This document shows, in pieces, positions 1 to 9,748 of a stretch of DNA of 64,000 bases; the stretch's first letter is position 1, and every line of letters begins with the position of its first letter. The notes under the pieces were generated by a model that had not been told where the DNA came from, did no database searches, and saw nothing but the letters and a program-made list of their open reading frames with translations. The DNA is from Planctomycetota bacterium (lineage in GTDB: Bacteria > Planctomycetota > J058 > JAJDCQ01). Location: assembly GCA_029260755.1 (NCBI GenBank), contig JAJDCQ010000115.1:24929-88928 (forward strand), written 5' to 3'. A program made the translations under genes and the position numbers.

Positions 1-792
1 GGCGGTCTGCCAGCCGGTCTCGGTCAGCCAGACCTCCTGGCCCTGGCCGAAGCTGTCCATGATGTACTTGAACGAGGGCTTGCTGAGCGGCTTGCCGTCG
101 AGCTCCTCGAAGACGGTGTCGGCGTCGCCGTCGTAGATGTGGTGGGTGACTATGTCGATCTCGTCGCCGGCGCGGACCATCACGTCCTCGAGCCAGTCCC
201 ACCACTCGCCGCTGTTGAGGTCGGAGAGCTCGGGGCCGAGGACGAAGCAGTCGGGGTCGGCCGCCTTGGCGGCGCGGGCACCGACGATCAGGACCTCGTC
301 GATGTACTGGTCGCGGGTGCCGCTGTAGAAGTGGTCGAGGTTCGGCTCGTTCCACATCCCCCAGTGCTCGATGTCGTTGCCGTAACGGTTCACGCAGGCC
401 GTCACGAAGCGGGCCCAGTCGGCCGGGTCGACCGCCGGGAAGCTCTGGTTACGGTTGCCGTTCGCCCAGCCGGGCGCGTAGGCCAGCGTCGCGAAGATGT
501 GGAGCCCGCGGCTGCGCGCCGAGGCGACGGCGCGGTCCATGAAGCCCCAGTTGAACTGGCCCTGCTGCGGCTCGAGCTGGATCCAGTTGAAGTCGTAGCG
601 GACCCAGTCGACGCCGGCGGCGACCATCCGGTCGAGGGTCGTGTCGTCGGGGACGTGGGCGTTGATCCCGAACGGGCTGACGGCCGGGCCGGTCACCTCC
701 TGGGCGCGCGCGGACGAGGCGGGAACGAGAACGAGAACGAGCGCGAGCGTCGCCACGAGGGCCGGCGCCGCGCGGAGCGCAAGGCGAGTCAT
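1..792 (-). CDS. Secreted glycoside hydrolase, clan GH-A (GH5/GH39-like); 3' end runs off the window
   Basis: Not in the ORF track; translated by hand from ATG at 792. Signal peptide (MTRLALRAAPALVATLALVLVLVPASSARA), FGINAH, WVRYDFNW, acid/base motif WNEPN, THHIY, nucleophile motif VWLTETGW. Confidence 0.85.
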   Translation of the reverse strand, partial: MTRLALRAAPALVATLALVLVLVPASSARAQEVTGPAVSPFGINAHVPDDTTLDRMVAAGVDWVRYDFNWIQLEPQQGQFNWGFMDRAVASARSRGLHIFATLAYAPGWANGNRNQSFPAVDPADWARFVTACVNRYGNDIEHWGMWNEPNLDHFYSGTRDQYIDEVLIVGARAAKAADPDCFVLGPELSDLNSGEWWDWLEDVMVRAGDEIDIVTHHIYDGDADTVFEELDGKPLSKPSFKYIMDSFGQGQEVWLTETGWQTA

Positions 793-931
793 CGAATCGA
801 GGTCTCCGAGGGTGCGTGGAGCCGGGTTCGGCCCCTCTCTCGGATGTCCTTACACCGCGGGCGCCGGGGAGCTTCACGACGCGCCGCGGGACGGACTCAA
901 GGCGCTCTGGAGACTGGGTTTGAGCTCGAGG

Positions 932-1255
932 CTACTCGTCCGGCTCGATCGTCAGCGTCAGGGGGAAGCCGCGACCCCGGGCCAGGCTGTGCGCCTTGTC
1001 GACCCGGAACTCCGCCTCCTCGAGGGAGAGCGTCACGACGTGGGCGCAGCCGCTCGCGTGCGCCTCCATCATCACCTGGATCGCGCCGGTCTGGTCGAGG
1101 TGGAAGATCGAGGTGAGCACCATCACGACGAAGTCCATCGTCGTCACCGGGTCGTTGTGGATGACGACCCGATAGCGCGGGGCGTGACGCGTCCGCGTCT
1201 CGACGTCGGGGTCGAGGACGGGGGTCGTGAACGGCTTCGCGGGCTCGGGGGACAT
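932..1255 (-). CDS. clpS: ATP-dependent Clp protease adaptor ClpS
   Basis: YRVVIHNDPVTTMDFVV..L..IF, MMEAH..G, FPLTLTIEP; 107 aa. Confidence 0.95.
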   Translation of the reverse strand: MSPEPAKPFTTPVLDPDVETRTRHAPRYRVVIHNDPVTTMDFVVMVLTSIFHLDQTGAIQVMMEAHASGCAHVVTLSLEEAEFRVDKAHSLARGRGFPLTLTIEPDE

Positions 1256-1399
1256 GACGGGCTCGATGATGGCGGGGGGACGGCCGGGATGTCCAGACCG
1301 GACGCGCTGCGGAGTTCATCGACGGTGGGGTGGGGGGTTGTGTTTCGTGGATTCGCGCGGTCGAGGTCTTCGATCTTCGCGAGGACTTCGCACGCGCGG

Positions 1400-1496
1400 G
1401 GTGCAATCCGCGTAATCCGCGTAATCCGCGGTTCGGTCTCTCTCGGCGCTCGACCGAGTGGGAACCGCGGATTACGCGGATTACGCGGATTGCACC
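1400..1496. repeat. Palindromic intergenic repeat, family A copy 1
   Basis: Perfect 35-bp inverted repeat (1400-1434 / 1462-1496) built from AATCCGCGT 9-mers around a 27-nt spacer GGTCTCTCTCGGCG...AGTGG. Confidence 0.95.
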
Positions 1497-1553
1497 GCGT
1501 AGCGCGGCTCGTCTTGCCGCGGCGGGCGCCGTCGAGTCGGGAGAGGTCTCGTC

Positions 1554-2438
1554 CTAGAACGCATCCCCGAGCCGCCCCCGAACCCCGCCGCCCCGGTAGA
1601 CGACGTCGCCCACCCCCTCGATCCACGCCTTCTCGTCCGCGTCCATCGGCCCGCGCTTCATCGCGTCCAGGGCGTGGCGGAGCTCGGCGCCGTCGCGGGC
1701 GCCGGTGATGCAGACGTCGGTCCAGTCGTTCGAGAGGGCGAAGCGGTAGCAGTCGCCCGCGGTCGGGGTCTTGCTTCCCTCGGGCCCGCCGGCGACCGGG
1801 CGCAGGAGCTGGCCCCATCGCGTCGCCGTGAACGCGACCAGGCCGGCGCGCTCCTCGCGCGGGGCGAGGCCGGGGAAGATGTCCTTCTCCGCGCCTCGGT
1901 GGGCGGCGTTGTAGCGGAAGTGGATGACGTCGACGCCCGAGCCGGGGGCGGCGAGCTTCGCGGCGAGCGGTCGCTCGTGGGTGCTCACGCCGACGTGGGC
2001 GGTCAGGCCGGCGTCCCGGCAGCGGAGGGCGGCGTCGAGGATCCGTCGGCTCGGCGCCTTGTTCCACCAGCCGAGCAGCAGCAGGTCGGCCCGCTCGATC
2101 CCGAGGCGCCTGAGCGCCCAGCAGAGGCTCGGACGGACGAAGCTGCCGAGCCGGCTGTAGCTCTGGACCACGACGAAGAGGTCGTCGCGCCTGCCGCGGG
2201 CGGTCAGCGCGCGGATCGCGCCGGCGAAGGCGCGCGTCCGCATCGAGCCCCAGTAGAGGTAGCCGACGCCGTGCTCCTCGACGGCCGCCTCGAGGTCCGC
2301 GCCGCCCACGCCGAAACTGGCCGCGACGCCGAGGGGGTGGATCGTCCGTCCGGTGCGCCCGAGGGTGCGCCGGGCGAAGGGGAGCGACGCGTCGCTCGCT
2401 TCCTCGGGGACTCGCGGTGTCGTCGAGGTGGTCGACAT
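1554..2438 (-). CDS. Aldo/keto reductase-fold protein (atypical)
   Basis: RRTLGRTG..I.PLG, LRRLGIERADLLLLG, GVSTH, RYNAAHR, LVAFTATRWG; canonical DTA..Y motif not visible. Confidence 0.8.
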   Translation of the reverse strand: MSTTSTTPRVPEEASDASLPFARRTLGRTGRTIHPLGVAASFGVGGADLEAAVEEHGVGYLYWGSMRTRAFAGAIRALTARGRRDDLFVVVQSYSRLGSFVRPSLCWALRRLGIERADLLLLGWWNKAPSRRILDAALRCRDAGLTAHVGVSTHERPLAAKLAAPGSGVDVIHFRYNAAHRGAEKDIFPGLAPREERAGLVAFTATRWGQLLRPVAGGPEGSKTPTAGDCYRFALSNDWTDVCITGARDGAELRHALDAMKRGPMDADEKAWIEGVGDVVYRGGGVRGRLGDAF

Positions 2439-2465
2439 CGATCGGGCCGGGGCGGCGGAGGACGC

Positions 2466-3005
2466 CTAGTTCTCGGCTCGCCGCGGCGAGAACAGGGTCA
2501 GGGTGATCGTCGCCTTGCGCCAGAGGCGGTCGTCCTTCGGGTCCCGCGTCGCGACCACGTCCTTCACCTTCAGCCCGGGCCACTCGTTCTGGCAGTCGAA
2601 CAGGAAGTCGGTGAGCTGCTTCATGTCGATGTCGTCGATGCTCACCTGGAACGACGCCTCGTTGAACGCGCCGACCGGGCGGGGGCGTTGCGGCTGGAAG
2701 TTCTTCAGGTCGAGCCCGCGCTTGTTCAGGAGCGAGATGATGAAGCTCTGGAGCTGGGCGACCTTCTTCGGATCCTTCCGGGCCTTCCGCTCGAGGAGGA
2801 TCCACTCGCGCAGCTGCTCGTCCTTCTCCGCGAACTGCTTCATGTTCTCGAGGTTCGAGACCTCGCGCTTCAGCTTCCCCTGCTGCTCGCTGTAGCGTGT
2901 CCAGAGGAGCACGCCGAAGCAGGCGACGATCGTCGTCAACACGACCATCATCATGATGAAGAAGCGGAGGAGGTCGAATCCCTGTCCCGGGGGGCGCGCG
3001 CTCAC
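2466..3005 (-). CDS. Type II secretion GspM/PilO-like protein
   Basis: N-terminal TM helix, coiled coil, ferredoxin-like C-terminal pattern; overlaps the stop of the PilM-like gene. Confidence 0.6.
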   Translation of the reverse strand: MSARPPGQGFDLLRFFIMMMVVLTTIVACFGVLLWTRYSEQQGKLKREVSNLENMKQFAEKDEQLREWILLERKARKDPKKVAQLQSFIISLLNKRGLDLKNFQPQRPRPVGAFNEASFQVSIDDIDMKQLTDFLFDCQNEWPGLKVKDVVATRDPKDDRLWRKATITLTLFSPRRAEN

Positions 3006-4705
3006 GACTCGGTCCCCTCGATCACCTCGACCTTGATCGTGAAGTCCCAGCCGCCCTTGGTGTTCTTTCCGAAGCGCTCGACCTTCGCCCGCACGACCTT
3101 GCTCGTGTTGTTGACCGCCTGCTCGATCAGGGCGGGGATCTCGTTGCTGTCGGCCGTTCCCGCGATCGTCGATCGCTCCTGACCGACCGTGAGCTGCTTG
3201 ATCGTCACGTTGCCCTGGTAGGGCTTCATCCCGCGGCAGAACTCGGCGAGGATGTCGAGGGCGCTCAGCTTGAAGACGCGCTTGATGTCGTCGGTCTCGC
3301 CGTAGCGCTGCTCGAGGGTGTACTTCTGATCCTGCCAGATCCGGTAGCGGTCCCGGTCGGCCGGGATCTCGCCGAGCTCGGGGAACATAGTCAGCAGGAG
3401 CACGTCCTGCTCGAGCTGCGCCCGCTCCCGCTTGATCCCGATCCGCTCGAGCTCGACCTTGAAGCCGTAGGCGACGACGAACAGGAGCAGGAAGGTCAGG
3501 CAGAGGGTCGCCGCGACGCCGCGCCGCACCCGCTCGAACTTGCCCTGGAACGAGAACTCATCCCGCCGGAAGTCGAAGCCGCCCGCGTCGTGGCCGAGCG
3601 CCTTGAGGGCCAGGCCGACCGGGATCGGCGCCTGGAAGTCGACCGTCTCCTTGTCGACCCGGGCCTGGTCGGCCGGGATCAGCTCCGAGAGCTCGATCCG
3701 CTGGCTCGGGATCTCGAAGTGCTCCTCGAAGAGCCCCTCGATCCCCTCGAGGGTGCAGCTCGCGCCGGTGAGCGCGATCAGGTCGACGTCGTCGGCCGCG
3801 TGGGTCGCCGCGAGGGTCCGGTCGATCTCGAGGAAGATCTTCTGGAGGTAGTTCTCGCGCTCGACCTCGGTGATCTGGCTGTCCTCGAGCCGGAACCCGG
3901 CCGCCTCCTCGCTCCCGTCGTCGAGGATCACGACCGGGAGGCGCGAGCTGTCGGCGCGCATCTCGTGCGCGTCCTCGGAGTCGTCGAGGCCGTCGTCGAA
4001 GGCGTCCGCGCGGCCGCTCAACCGGGCGCTCTGACGGCCGGAGCGGCTGCGGGCGCCCCGCTGCATGATCGCGCCGAGCCGCATCCGGACGCTCCGCGCG
4101 GCCAGGAGACGCCCCCCCTGGACGAGGAGGAGCTTGAGGGTGTCGGCCTCGATGTCGACGACGAGGACGACGCCCTTGTCGGCGAACAGGCCGCCGACCT
4201 CGTAGGCGTTGAAGAGCGCCGCCACGTCGAGGTCGAGGGCCGAGGGATCGACGCTCACCTCGCCGAGGAGGTGGAGCTGCCGCTCGATGTGCGTCTTCTT
4301 CAGGCCGGCGACGAGCAGCCGGCTCTTCCCCTCGAGCTCCTCGATCTTGTACCACTGCAGGACGAGGTCGTCGATCGCGACCGAGTGGAAGTGACTCTCC
4401 GCCTGGAAGCGGATCGTCTTCTGGATCTGCTCGTCCCGGGTGAACGGCACGGTGATCTCGCGGATCACGCAGTCCTGCGCCCGGATGCTCGCGACCACCG
4501 GCGTCCGGGGGAGCTTGTGGCGGCGGAAGATCTCGCGGAGGACCCCGATGATGTCGACGTCGCCTGGCGGGATCTCGCCGGCGCCCTCGCCCGCCTGCGC
4601 CATCTTCTGGACGACGAAGTCGCGGATGCGGAAGCGCGCGCCGGTCCCCTCGACGAGGACGGCCTTGACGGCGTTGGAGGTGATCTCTAGCCCGACGGCG
4701 CGCAT
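3002..4705 (-). CDS. PilM/GspL-like actin-fold assembly protein fused to TM and PilN-like periplasmic domain
   Basis: AVGLEI...VKAV, REITVPF....I..TI.FQAE, VDIEA, LTGA..L.G; TM helix and C-terminal domain. Confidence 0.85.
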   Translation of the reverse strand: MRAVGLEITSNAVKAVLVEGTGARFRIRDFVVQKMAQAGEGAGEIPPGDVDIIGVLREIFRRHKLPRTPVVASIRAQDCVIREITVPFTRDEQIQKTIRFQAESHFHSVAIDDLVLQWYKIEELEGKSRLLVAGLKKTHIERQLHLLGEVSVDPSALDLDVAALFNAYEVGGLFADKGVVLVVDIEADTLKLLLVQGGRLLAARSVRMRLGAIMQRGARSRSGRQSARLSGRADAFDDGLDDSEDAHEMRADSSRLPVVILDDGSEEAAGFRLEDSQITEVERENYLQKIFLEIDRTLAATHAADDVDLIALTGASCTLEGIEGLFEEHFEIPSQRIELSELIPADQARVDKETVDFQAPIPVGLALKALGHDAGGFDFRRDEFSFQGKFERVRRGVAATLCLTFLLLFVVAYGFKVELERIGIKRERAQLEQDVLLLTMFPELGEIPADRDRYRIWQDQKYTLEQRYGETDDIKRVFKLSALDILAEFCRGMKPYQGNVTIKQLTVGQERSTIAGTADSNEIPALIEQAVNNTSKVVRAKVERFGKNTKGGWDFTIKVEVIEGTES

Positions 4706-4774
4706 GGGTCGCTAGCTACTCTTGGTCCTTGATCCGGTCCGGTGGTGAGATGACGTGCGAGGGGGTGCCCCGGT

Positions 4775-5302
4775 TCAGGGGGGCGGCCGGAACGTGATCG
4801 CGTGCTCCTGCCCGCCCCGCTTGTCGAGGAAGACGATCCGATACTCCTCGGCGTCGCCATCGCGGCGCTCGATCCGCTTCAGCTCGAACCCGTCGAGCTC
4901 GTCGCCGGGGCTCGCCTGCGACTGGCCTCCGCCCTTGGACCGCTTCCGCTTCAGGAGACAGCTCTGGTAGCGATCGGTGTAGAGGACCGCGGCGACCTCG
5001 AACACCTGCTCGATCTTCGGCGTCGGCGGCTTCGGCGGCTCCTTCGGCCCGGTGTTCACCGGCGCGGGCGGCGGCGGCGGCGTGTAGCCGAGGACGCCGG
5101 GGATCACCGCGTACTCGGCGATCCCCTTGTGCTGCGCGTCCTCCTGGATCTCGAGGCGTCGCTCGTCGACGATCGGGACGACGATCGCGCCCTCGACGGT
5201 GCGCGGGTCGGTCATGAAGACGGTGTACTCGACCGCGACGATCGCGAAGGCGATGCCGACGTTCAGGACAACGATGAGGACTCGGGCGAGGCTCGGCGTC
5301 AC
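4775..5302 (-). CDS. Membrane-anchored protein, GspC/PilP-like by position
   Basis: N-terminal TM, Pro-rich linker, small beta domain (PGDELDGFELKRIE); lies between gspK and the pilM-like gene. Confidence 0.5.
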   Translation of the reverse strand: MTPSLARVLIVVLNVGIAFAIVAVEYTVFMTDPRTVEGAIVVPIVDERRLEIQEDAQHKGIAEYAVIPGVLGYTPPPPPAPVNTGPKEPPKPPTPKIEQVFEVAAVLYTDRYQSCLLKRKRSKGGGQSQASPGDELDGFELKRIERRDGDAEEYRIVFLDKRGGQEHAITFRPPP

Positions 5303-5309
5303 GCGGGGC

Positions 5310-6413
5310 TCACTCCGGGATCTCTCGCCACGCGATCACCTCCATCGCGTCGCCGTGGCGGCGGATCGTCGCCGCCGCGCGCTTGAAGACGACCGGGCTG
5401 CGCGCCTCGATCGACACCCGGAAGTGGTAGCTGGTGACCGAGAGAACCTTGTCGAGCGAGACCGTCGCCTCCTCGCCCTCGCCCGAGCCGCTGCCGCTCC
5501 CGCCCTCGCCGCCGCCCTGGCCGCCGCCTTCGCTCGGCTCGAAGAGCTGCTTGAGCTGCGGGATGCTCGAGGCGAGCTCGGAGACCTCGGCGAACTCGTT
5601 TCCGTCGGGGAGCTCGCCCGGCTCCTCGCCCGGCTTGGCCGGCTCGGGATCGCCCCGGAACTGGACGATCGCCTCGACGGCCGCGTCGCGGTCGATCGGC
5701 TTGTCGTCCTTGTCCTTCTCCGGGAGGATCGCGAAGAGGACCTCCGCGGAGGCCGTGTTGATGTTGATCTTCCCGGCCGAGAGGATCGTCAGGAAGTCGA
5801 GCAGCCCGGGGATCCGCTCGCCCGTCTCCTCATCGAACCTCCCGTGGAGCGTCTCCGGCTCGATCTCGGGGATCTGCTCGAGCTCGCTGATGTCGAGGAG
5901 GCGCCGATTGAGCGCGCCCTCCTCGTAGTCGCCCTCCTCGTCGGGGTCGACGAAGTCGATCAGGCGCTCGGCGACGTTCTCCTCCTCGGTCTCGATCTTG
6001 GTCGCCAGCGCCGTGAGGAACGTCTTGATCAGCTCGGCCTTCTTCTCGTCGTGAAGGAGGTTGACGTCGATCCGGCGCTCGGTGTCCACCAGGCTCACGA
6101 TCACCGGGATGTCGCCGACCGTGGCGTCGGTCTCGAACGCGGTCTCGGCGCGCGCCCAGTCCTCACGGATGCTGTCGACCTCGGTCTGGCTCTGATCGTC
6201 GCGGAGGACCGCCTTCGCCCACGCGACTCCGCCGAGCGCCGCGTAGTAGGCGCGGTCGTCGGCGAGGAAGTTGCCGACGAGGCGCTCCTCGATCTTCGCG
6301 GAGTAGGTGAACTGGATCACCAGGACGATCAGGACCGACAGGACGAGGAGCGAGAGGACCAGCGCGACGCCGCGGTCACCGGTTCGCCGGGAGGCTCGAG
6401 TGGGGTGCTGCAT
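5310..6413 (-). CDS. gspK: Type II secretion minor pseudopilin GspK
   Basis: Prepilin cleavage site RG|VALVLSLLVL, DSIREDW, D.ERRIDVN.L, IDFVDPD, KININTASAEVL; start moved to ATG 6413. Confidence 0.9.
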   Translation of the reverse strand: MQHPTRASRRTGDRGVALVLSLLVLSVLIVLVIQFTYSAKIEERLVGNFLADDRAYYAALGGVAWAKAVLRDDQSQTEVDSIREDWARAETAFETDATVGDIPVIVSLVDTERRIDVNLLHDEKKAELIKTFLTALATKIETEEENVAERLIDFVDPDEEGDYEEGALNRRLLDISELEQIPEIEPETLHGRFDEETGERIPGLLDFLTILSAGKININTASAEVLFAILPEKDKDDKPIDRDAAVEAIVQFRGDPEPAKPGEEPGELPDGNEFAEVSELASSIPQLKQLFEPSEGGGQGGGEGGSGSGSGEGEEATVSLDKVLSVTSYHFRVSIEARSPVVFKRAAATIRRHGDAMEVIAWREIPE

Positions 6414-6620
6414 GAGGGCTCGCGTTCGGGGTGGGTTGGGTGGGCGGTCTCGAAGGACCCGTCCCATCTCCGACGCTCCGCGTCCTGGGAGGTTCATTGG
6501 CATTGGGGCATCATCAATGCACCCGGTGGGAATCCGGCCGCCGGACCGCTCCTTCCCGCCGTGTGGACAGCAGGTTAGCGACTCGGCGCGGCGCCGGCAA
6601 GGTCCTTCTCCGGCGTCCGC

Positions 6621-8408
6621 CTAACTTCGCCCTGATGGGCGTCGGCCCTGGCCGCTCGCGAGGTCCTTCCGGACCGACGTGATCAGGCGGGCGATCTCGA
6701 ACTGGAGGTGGGCGACCTCGGCCATCGCGCTGGTGATCTCGCTCAGGTACTTGAAGGTCACGTAGAGAAACGCGCCCATGATGAATCCGCCGAGCGCCCC
6801 GAAGAGCTTCACCTCGGCGGGGAACTGGGGGACCGCCACGCTGGCCGCGGAGACGACGAGGCCGAGCAGGCCGAGGATGTAGGCGAAGAACAGGAGGACG
6901 TCGGCGATCTCCTTCAGGCGCCCGACCCGCGGCGAGTCGGGCATGATGGAGTCCTGGGAGGCGGCGGCCGCCCCGGCCTCGGCCTCCTCGGGCTCGTAGG
7001 AAGCCTCCGCGGCGCGACCCTGGCCGGGGTCCGGCCGGCGCGCATCGGCGGCCGCCGGTCGCCGGGCGGAGCCCTTGTCGCTGGCGGTCCGACTGGAGGC
7101 GCCCCCCTTGCTCCGGGCGCTGGCCGTGCGCTTGGCGGGCGGCGGGGACGCGCTCGGACGGGCGATGGGCACCCCGCGCGGCGGCGTCGGCGCGTCCGAG
7201 CCGATCTCCGGCAGTCCCTCGCGACGCGAGTCGCTCGGGCCGGCGGGATCGTGGGCCACCGGCTCGCGGAGCTCGGTCGCCGGAGCCTTCCCGGCGCCGC
7301 CCTTCTTCTTCTTCGCGTCGACCTTCCCCGAGCTCGCGCCCCTGGGGCGCTCGATCCGGCGGGCCTTGCGGGCGACGGCGGCGTCGGGCTTCGCCGCCTT
7401 CTTCGCCTCGGCGGGCTTGGCCTCGGCGGGCATCGCGTCGGCGGGCTTCGCGTCGGCAGGCTTGGCGTCGGCAGGCTTCGCGTCGTCGTCGGGCTCGGCC
7501 GCCTCGGGCGTCGGCTCCGGCTTCCCGGCGGACCCGGCGGCCTCGGACGACTCGTCGGGCTGCGGCGCCGGGCTCGCCTCGGCGGTGATCTCGGCCTCGG
7601 CCGTGGTCGCGGCCGTCTCTGTCTCGGTCGCGATCCCGTCGCTTCCCTCCTGGAGCGTCTCGCCGCTCGGAGGAACGACCGGCGTCGGGAACGCGAACTC
7701 GGTCGCCTTCGACGCGAACGATGCGTTCGGCGAGCCCTCGTCGAGCGTCTCGTCGGCGCCGAAGTCGGGCTCGGCGTCGGGGACCGACGCGTCGTGGGCC
7801 GTCTCGCCGGGGTCGGGGCTCTCCGCCTCCTCGCCGGGCTCGTTCGCCTCGTCGGCGCCCTCCGCACCGCCGTCGGTCTCCTCCTCGTCATCGTCCGGCG
7901 CCATGTCGGCGACCGAGTCGTGATTCCGGGCGACGCCGATCGTCGCCGTCGCGATCTCGAAGACCGAGTCCGTCGAGCCCTCGCCCGGCGCGGGCGGCCC
8001 GCCGGACTCGCCTTCGCGAACGGGGACATCGCCCGCGGGCTCGAGTAGATCGTCGGAGACCTCCGGGGCGGCCGCCGCCTCGTCGGCGACGACCGCGACG
8101 CCGCCGCCGCTCGCCGTCGCCGCGGCGCCGTCGCCCTCGCCGGCGACCTGCGCTTGCGCCTGCGCCTGCGCCTCGACCGGGTCCTGCGTCTCGAGGCGCT
8201 CGAGCAACGCGAGCCGCTCGAGGTCGCGCTCGCGCTGCTTGCGGAGGGCCTCGGCGGCGACCTCCTTCTCCTCGAGCGCGCGAAGATCGTCCGCCGAGAT
8301 CAGGCGGTTCTTGTGCCCGCAGCTCGGACACGCGATCCGCTGTCCTCGCATCTCATCGGGGGCGCTCAGGACCTGGTGGCAGCTGACGCACCGGTTCTTG
8401 ATCGCCAT
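6621..8408 (-). CDS. Zinc-ribbon protein with long low-complexity linker and two C-terminal TM helices
   Basis: CVSC...CPSCG at the N-terminus, acidic then A/K/P-rich linker with DAKPA repeats, two hydrophobic helices. Confidence 0.7.
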   Translation of the reverse strand: MAIKNRCVSCHQVLSAPDEMRGQRIACPSCGHKNRLISADDLRALEEKEVAAEALRKQRERDLERLALLERLETQDPVEAQAQAQAQVAGEGDGAAATASGGGVAVVADEAAAAPEVSDDLLEPAGDVPVREGESGGPPAPGEGSTDSVFEIATATIGVARNHDSVADMAPDDDEEETDGGAEGADEANEPGEEAESPDPGETAHDASVPDAEPDFGADETLDEGSPNASFASKATEFAFPTPVVPPSGETLQEGSDGIATETETAATTAEAEITAEASPAPQPDESSEAAGSAGKPEPTPEAAEPDDDAKPADAKPADAKPADAMPAEAKPAEAKKAAKPDAAVARKARRIERPRGASSGKVDAKKKKGGAGKAPATELREPVAHDPAGPSDSRREGLPEIGSDAPTPPRGVPIARPSASPPPAKRTASARSKGGASSRTASDKGSARRPAAADARRPDPGQGRAAEASYEPEEAEAGAAAASQDSIMPDSPRVGRLKEIADVLLFFAYILGLLGLVVSAASVAVPQFPAEVKLFGALGGFIMGAFLYVTFKYLSEITSAMAEVAHLQFEIARLITSVRKDLASGQGRRPSGRS

Positions 8409-8492
8409 GCGGGGTCGGTCCGGAAGACGAGGGCGGGAGAGGCGGCGGGCGGAGCGGCCCGAACGTCCTTCTATCATGCCGCTGGATGGCGA

Positions 8493-9443
8493 TCAAGACG
8501 AGCCTTCGTCCCGGCGTATCACGGGATTACGCAGCGTGCCGATCCCCTCGACCTCGCACTCGACGAGATCGCCGTCGCGAAGGAAGACGGGCGGGTCGCG
8601 AAACACGCCGACGCCGCCGGGGGTGCCGGTCGAGATGACCGTTCCGGGCTCGAGGTCGCAGAAGTCCGAGATCCACGCGACGAGGTGGGCCGCCGAGAAG
8701 ATGAGCTGGTCGGTGCGGCTCCGCTGCCAGACCTCTCCGTTGAGGCGCTGCTCCACGCCGAGATCGGCCGCGTCGCCGACCGCGTCCGGCGTGACGACGA
8801 CCGGCCCCATCGGCGCGAAGGTGCGCCACGACTTGGCCCGGCAGTACTGGCGGTCGCTCTTCTGGGCGGCGCGATCGCTCACGTCGTTGCAGACGGTGAA
8901 GCCGAGCACGTGCGCCAGCGCCCGCTCCGAGGGCACCGGCGCGCTCGCCCGCCGCCCGATCACGATCCCGAGCTCCGCCTCGGCATCGATCGCGTCGCGG
9001 CCCGCCGGCAACTCGATCGGCTCGCCGGGCCCGATCACCGAGGTGGGCGCCTTCGTGAAGAGCATCGGCTGCGCCGGCGGCTGCTTGTTCTGCTCCTCGG
9101 CGTGGTCCCGGTAGTTCAGCCCGACCGCCCAGATCACCGGCGGCCGGGCGATCGGCGCCGCGAGGCGCACCGCGTCGAGGCGCGGCGCGAGCGTGTCGTC
9201 GGTCGCGCCACCGCGGTCCGCGATGAGCGCCGCGGCCCGGTCGACCACCGCGGCGAGCTCGGCCCGAGGGCAGACCCCGTCCCGATCGAGGGTCGGGTGG
9301 CGCAGGAGCGTCCCGAGGTCGGCGACCCGCTCGGTCAGCCCACGCTGCTCGCGGAGGGCTCGCTCGAGGTCGACGACCCGGTCGCCGACGACGGCGCCCG
9401 GGACGCGCTTGCCGTGGGGATGATGGAAGGTACAGAGCTTCAC
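8493..9443 (-). CDS. Fumarylacetoacetate hydrolase family protein
   Basis: VGLNYRDHAEE, FTKAP, DAEAELGIVIG, CNDVSDR, KSWRTFAPMGP, TGTPGGVG; GTG start at 9443. Confidence 0.95.
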   Translation of the reverse strand: MKLCTFHHPHGKRVPGAVVGDRVVDLERALREQRGLTERVADLGTLLRHPTLDRDGVCPRAELAAVVDRAAALIADRGGATDDTLAPRLDAVRLAAPIARPPVIWAVGLNYRDHAEEQNKQPPAQPMLFTKAPTSVIGPGEPIELPAGRDAIDAEAELGIVIGRRASAPVPSERALAHVLGFTVCNDVSDRAAQKSDRQYCRAKSWRTFAPMGPVVVTPDAVGDAADLGVEQRLNGEVWQRSRTDQLIFSAAHLVAWISDFCDLEPGTVISTGTPGGVGVFRDPPVFLRDGDLVECEVEGIGTLRNPVIRRDEGSS

Positions 9444-9544
9444 GGGAGTCCCTCGGAGGCGGCGTGAGGAGGCAGTCCGCACAGCGTCATAAGGTCGGAC
9501 AGTTTAGCAACCGTCGTCGCTCGGCCGCACCCTGCGCGGCCACC

Positions 9545-9572
9545 TTGACACCCCTTCGCCAACGGCTAGAGT
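9545..9572 (+). promoter_or_regulatory. Sigma70-like promoter for the ABC operon
   Basis: TTGACA-N16-TAGAGT about 175 nt upstream of the 9749 start. Confidence 0.5.
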
Positions 9573-9748
9573 GGCGACCCTTCGCGACGGCGGAGCCTTG
9601 AAACACGGTGTTTTGCGTCCTCGCGGCGTCCGCGGTCATCCGCTTCGCTCGCGACGGCTGACCCCTCTCTCGGGGTCGCCGGGCCGGGGGGGTCGACGCG
9701 CGACTCACCGACATCACGAGCCCCCCCATACTTGGAGGTACAGGGTCT

